A program made the translations under genes and the position numbers. From positions 335,854,001 through 335,918,000 of the forward strand of contig JBNRSN020000005.1 in assembly GCA_051313645.2 (NCBI GenBank): DNA of 64,000 nt, in the 5' to 3' direction. Shown here one piece after another: positions 60,030-64,000 of the stretch. Position 1 is the first letter of the stretch; every line of letters begins with the position of its first letter. The notes under the pieces were generated by a model. It did not search any database, had not been told where the DNA came from, and saw only the letters and a list, made by a program, of their open reading frames with translations. This DNA comes from Centroscyllium fabricii (lineage: Eukaryota).

Positions 60030-60853
60030 ATAGAAACATAGAACAGGAGTAGGCCATTCGGCCCTTCGATCCTGCTCCGCCATTCAATGAGATCATGGCT
60101 GATCATCCAAACCCAGTACCCCGCCCCTGCCCTCTCCCTATATCCCTCTCGAGCCTGCATCAACACATATCCCACTCTATTCCCGTAACCCCACATATTC
60201 AATCACCCTAACACTAAGGGTCAATTTATCATGGCCAATCAACCTAACCCGCACATCTTTGGACTGTGGGAGGAAACCGGAGCACCCGGAGGAAACCCAC
60301 GCAGACACGGGGAGAATGTGCAAACTCCGCACAGATAGTCACCCGAGGCTGGATTTGAACCCGGGTCTCCAGCGCTGTGAGACATAGAACATAGAACATA
60401 CAGCACTTTACAGGCCCTTGGGTCCTCAATGTAGTGCCGCCCTTAGTCCGTCTCTGATTTTTCCTGTCCCCCTACTGTTCCTTCCCCTCCATGAACCTGT
60501 CTATCATCCTTTTAAAAGCACCCAGACTGTCCGCATCCACTATTTCAGATGGTAGCCTATTCCATTCCCCGACCACTCTCTGTGTAAAGAACCTGCCCCT
60601 GCCATCCCTTCTGAATCTTCCTCCTTGAATCTTGTGCTCGTGCCCTCTTGTTGTCGTTCTTCCCGCCCGGGGAAACAGTCTCTGCACGTTTACTCTATCG
60701 ATTCCCTTCATCATTTTAAACATCTCTATCAAGTCCCCCCCCTTCTTCCTTCTCCGTTCCAGGGAGAAGAGTCCCAGTTCCCTTAACCGTTCCTCGTATG
60801 ACTTTCCCCCCATTCCCGGCAGCAGTGCTAACCACTGTGCCACCGTGCCGCCC
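60030..60853 (-). mobile_element. HE1-like V-SINE split by a CR1 3' fragment (60382-60819)
   Basis: SINE head resumes GGCAGCAGTGCTAACC at 60820; insert encodes KSYEERLRELGLFSLERRR..FFTQRVVGEWNRLP. Confidence 0.85.
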
Positions 60854-62119
60854 ACATGGTGTTGTGTGACTTCTTACATTAATCCTATGTAGCATAAGGT
60901 TTTCATTTTTCTCTCTCTTTTTCGGCCAGTTTTTATGTTGATAGGATGAGATGAGGAGCAGTGGGGGGAGGCTCGTGTGACGCATAAACACCGACACAGC
61001 CCAGTTGGGCTGAATGGCCTGTTTCTTGCTGTAAATTCTATGTAATCCTATGTATGATGTGGAGGTGCCGGTGCGTCAGCTTGGATTTTGTGCTTATATT
61101 CATCCGTACACAGATGTGGTTGGACCTGCTATGATTTCCAGCAAAAACATTTTTTTCATTTTTTTTTTTTTTTTATTGTTTTTTGTTTCTCATACAGACC
61201 CCAGCACTGCAACAATTGACCCCTCGTGACCCCACCTCATTGTTCTTTGATGGAATGTTTTCCCGACTGACCTGTTTGGACATCATTCACACCTTTGATT
61301 GCTGTGATTATCTCTCTGCCGAGGTGTGATAAAGGGCAGTTGGAAAAACTACTGTAATCATCCAGCATTGTTCTCTGACTATATATGCTGTGCCTATCTG
61401 CATCTCTTCACTTCACCGGACGAAGGAGCAGCGCTCCAAAAGCTTGTGATTAATGTAAGAAGTCACACAACACCAGGTTATAGTCCAACAGGGAATTCAG
61501 GAGAGCCTCTTTACCCAGAGAGCAGATAGAATGTGGAACTCGCTACCACAGGGAGTGGTTGAGACGAGTGGCATTGATGCATTTAAGGGGAAGTGACGTA
61601 TCGTCAATAATACTCGAAGATGAATAGTTACCTTAACTAAAGGCTTTTATTAACTCTAAATGGAGCTGGTCTTCGGATGGGATCAGGACGGCGATTAATC
61701 CTATGTAGCATGAGGTTTTTAATTTTTCTCTTTCGGCCAGTTTCTATTCTCATGAAGTCTTGGCTCCTGTCTGGGGAATGGTTCCACGGGCACCAGGCAC
61801 CATCACCAACCTCGTGTAAGTAGCCATTTTAGGTTTACATTTTCCGATGACTTGTCCCAGCAGATGATCGCTAGCAGTGCCTGAGGTCACCAAGCTCAAG
61901 GTAGTGACTCTCTGTATGATACATATCCCTTATATTATAAATCTCTCAGTAACAATAGTCAATCCCCCTTCATTACAGCAGCCCGTCTGGTGCAAGAAGT
62001 AGATGAAATAGCAGTGAAAGCATGTGATTGAGCCAGTGTACAGAGGAACTTTCATCCTACAAAAAATCCCATGAAATTCCTGGCCCAGGAATCAACTTCA
62101 TTTGTCCCATTACGGATGA

Positions 62120-63045
62120 GTGTAAGCACAAAATCCAAGCTGACACGCCAGGGCAGTACTGAGGGAGGGTTGCACTGTCGGAGGTGCCCTCTTTCAGATG
62201 AGACGTTAAACCGAGGACCCATTTGCTCTCTCAAGTCAATGTAAAAGATCTCACGACTCTATTCAAAGAAGAGCAGATGTGTCCTGGCCTCTCTCAACCA
62301 ACATCACTAACAATCTGATCATTTAAATCAACGCTGTTTGAGAGAGCTTGCTGTGCGCAGATCGGCTGCTGCGTTTCCTACATTACAACAGCGACTATGC
62401 TTCCAAAAGTACTTCATTGGCTGTAAAGCACTTTGGACGTCCCGAGGTCATAAATGCAAGTTCTTTTCGTTCTGTTATTTTCTCTCTCTCTCTCTGTCTG
62501 TCCTTCTCTCCCACTCTCTCCTCTGATTCTGTTACACACTCTCAATGTCTGTTGGTCTGCCTCCTTTTTCCTGTGTCTCTGTCTACCTGTCTCTCCCACA
62601 CTCTGTCTGTCATCAGAGGGCACAGACTCAAGCTGCTCTTTCAAAACTGAGATGAGGAGAAACTACTTCACTCAGAGGGTGGTAGGTCCATGGAACATGC
62701 TACCCCAAAAAGCCGTAGAAGCTACATCATTACATAAATTTAAAACAGAAATAGACAGTTTCCTCATAGTAAAAGGGATTAAAGGTTACGGGGAGCGGGC
62801 AGGAATTTGGACAGGAGTCTAGGTTCAGATCGGTCATGGCCCTGTGGGTAGTGGAGCGGGCCCAGGGACCGTGTAGCCTGATCCTGCTCCTATTTTGTAT
62901 GTCGAATTCTGTTAGATGCAGGAGATGCTTCTGTGATAGTAGGTTGGTTGTTAGGATCAGATCAGCCATTATCTTATTGAATGGCGGGGCGGGCTCGAGG
63001 GGCCGATTGGCCTACTCCTGCTCCTATTTCTTATGTTCTTATGTT
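62120..63045 (+). mobile_element. Truncated Deu-SINE (62120-62470) followed by CR1 3' fragments (62615-63045)
   Basis: Deu core and tail; KTEMRRNYFTQRVVGPWNMLP and CR1 UTR. Confidence 0.75.
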
Positions 63046-63654
63046 CTGAGAAGAGGGAAGGTGACCAGATGGTTTATATTAAACTACATTACACAGTGAA
63101 TGTATAGAACAGATGACCCATTCAATACACCATGGGCCTCGTTACAATATACAGGCAAACCATTGGACTTTCAGGGCTATAATGTAACAAGGGTGTAGCC
63201 ATCCAAGTACAGCGATGAAACGATAAGTCCTTTTCACTTACTTAAAATATATTTCCAGCCACTCTCAAATTCCAATCTTATAAAGGCCAGTGTATGAACA
63301 TGATCAGAAAAAGTTACTCGGTATCCTCCCACCGGTTTTCCTCATGGATAGGTCTGTGGTTTACTCCTGAATACGTCCTTTTACATAAATAACAAGCAAA
63401 CGTTGGAAGACTAGAAAATGCTGGAAAACAGACCGTGGGTCACCCGGCATCTGTGGCGAGAGCAGAAAAGTTAACGCTTCCGGCATACTGAACGAATTAA
63501 AGATGAATGAACATTTTAATAGAGTCACAGCAGAGAGGGAAAGAGGGAGAAAAAAAGCACAACGGCGGGACGGACCAGTAAAGTGCCCGCGTGGCCATTT
63601 ATCATGTATGACAGTAAGTGTCAACCAGCTCGTCGATCGCGGGAGGTAAAGAAA

Positions 63655-64000
63655 TAAAGACTTGCATTTCTATAGCGCCTTTCACAACCTCAGGGTGTCC
63701 CGAAGTGCTTTACAACCAATGAAGTACTTTTTTTGAAGAGTAGTCACTGTTGTAATGTAGGAAATGCGGAAGCCACAAACAGCAATGTGATAATGTCCAG
63801 ATCATCTGTTTTTTCTAATGATGTTGATTGAGGGATAAATATTGGCCCCAGCACACCGGGAAGAACGCAGAAACACAGAAGATAGGAGCAGGAGTAGGCC
63901 ATTCGGCCCGTCGAGCCTGCTCCACCATTTTGATGAGATCATGGCTGATCATCCAAACCCAGCAGCCCCCTCCTACCCTCTCCCCATATCCCCCGACACC
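63655..64000 (-). mobile_element. Deu-SINE 3' half with an inserted V-SINE variant tail (63866-64000), runs off the window
   Basis: Reverse complements of both SINE tails. Confidence 0.75.

Noticed and set aside
61413-61449. Active hammerhead ribozyme
   Set aside because: Core mutated (CGGACGA instead of CTGACGA, AAAA instead of GAAA); kept only as a decayed copy.
1-64000. Prokaryotic or phage system (operon, defence island, retron)
   Set aside because: All RT, integrase and transposase genes belong to eukaryotic TE families; spliceosomal introns and vertebrate SINEs are present.

Overview
Vertebrate genomic DNA, almost certainly from a cartilaginous fish (shark-type HE1/V-SINEs, SacSINE1-like Deu-SINEs, CR1, L2 and Penelope fragments). 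The window is a dense, nested accumulation of transposable elements. I found no intact host protein-coding gene. Main contents: (i) an intron-containing two-gene PIF/Harbinger transposon (Myb/SANT-like gene plus DDE transposase) interrupted by two nested Gypsy elements, with related MITEs; (ii) a Gypsy lineage (one near-complete copy, two 5' halves, several solo LTRs) with no tRNA primer-binding site. Instead it has a 15-nt sequence just inside the 5' LTR that is complementary to the LTR's own AATAAA region, and this pairing co-varies between subfamilies (self-priming or poly(A)-masking hairpin); (iii) two complete CsRN1-clade Gypsy elements (CHCC Gag, tRNA-Trp PBS, 4-bp TSD), one with apparently identical LTRs but a broken integrase; (iv) Penelope remnants carrying minimal type I hammerhead ribozyme motifs; (v) Tigger/pogo-like MITEs with NRF1/YY1-like motif arrays, a hAT-Charlie (MER1/Charlie3-like) element and a MITE containing a ~300-bp hairpin; (vi) a 5'-truncated RPL21 processed pseudogene inserted in a SINE. 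Family names come from motif recognition, not database searches. Boundaries of old SINE/LINE fragments are approximate.
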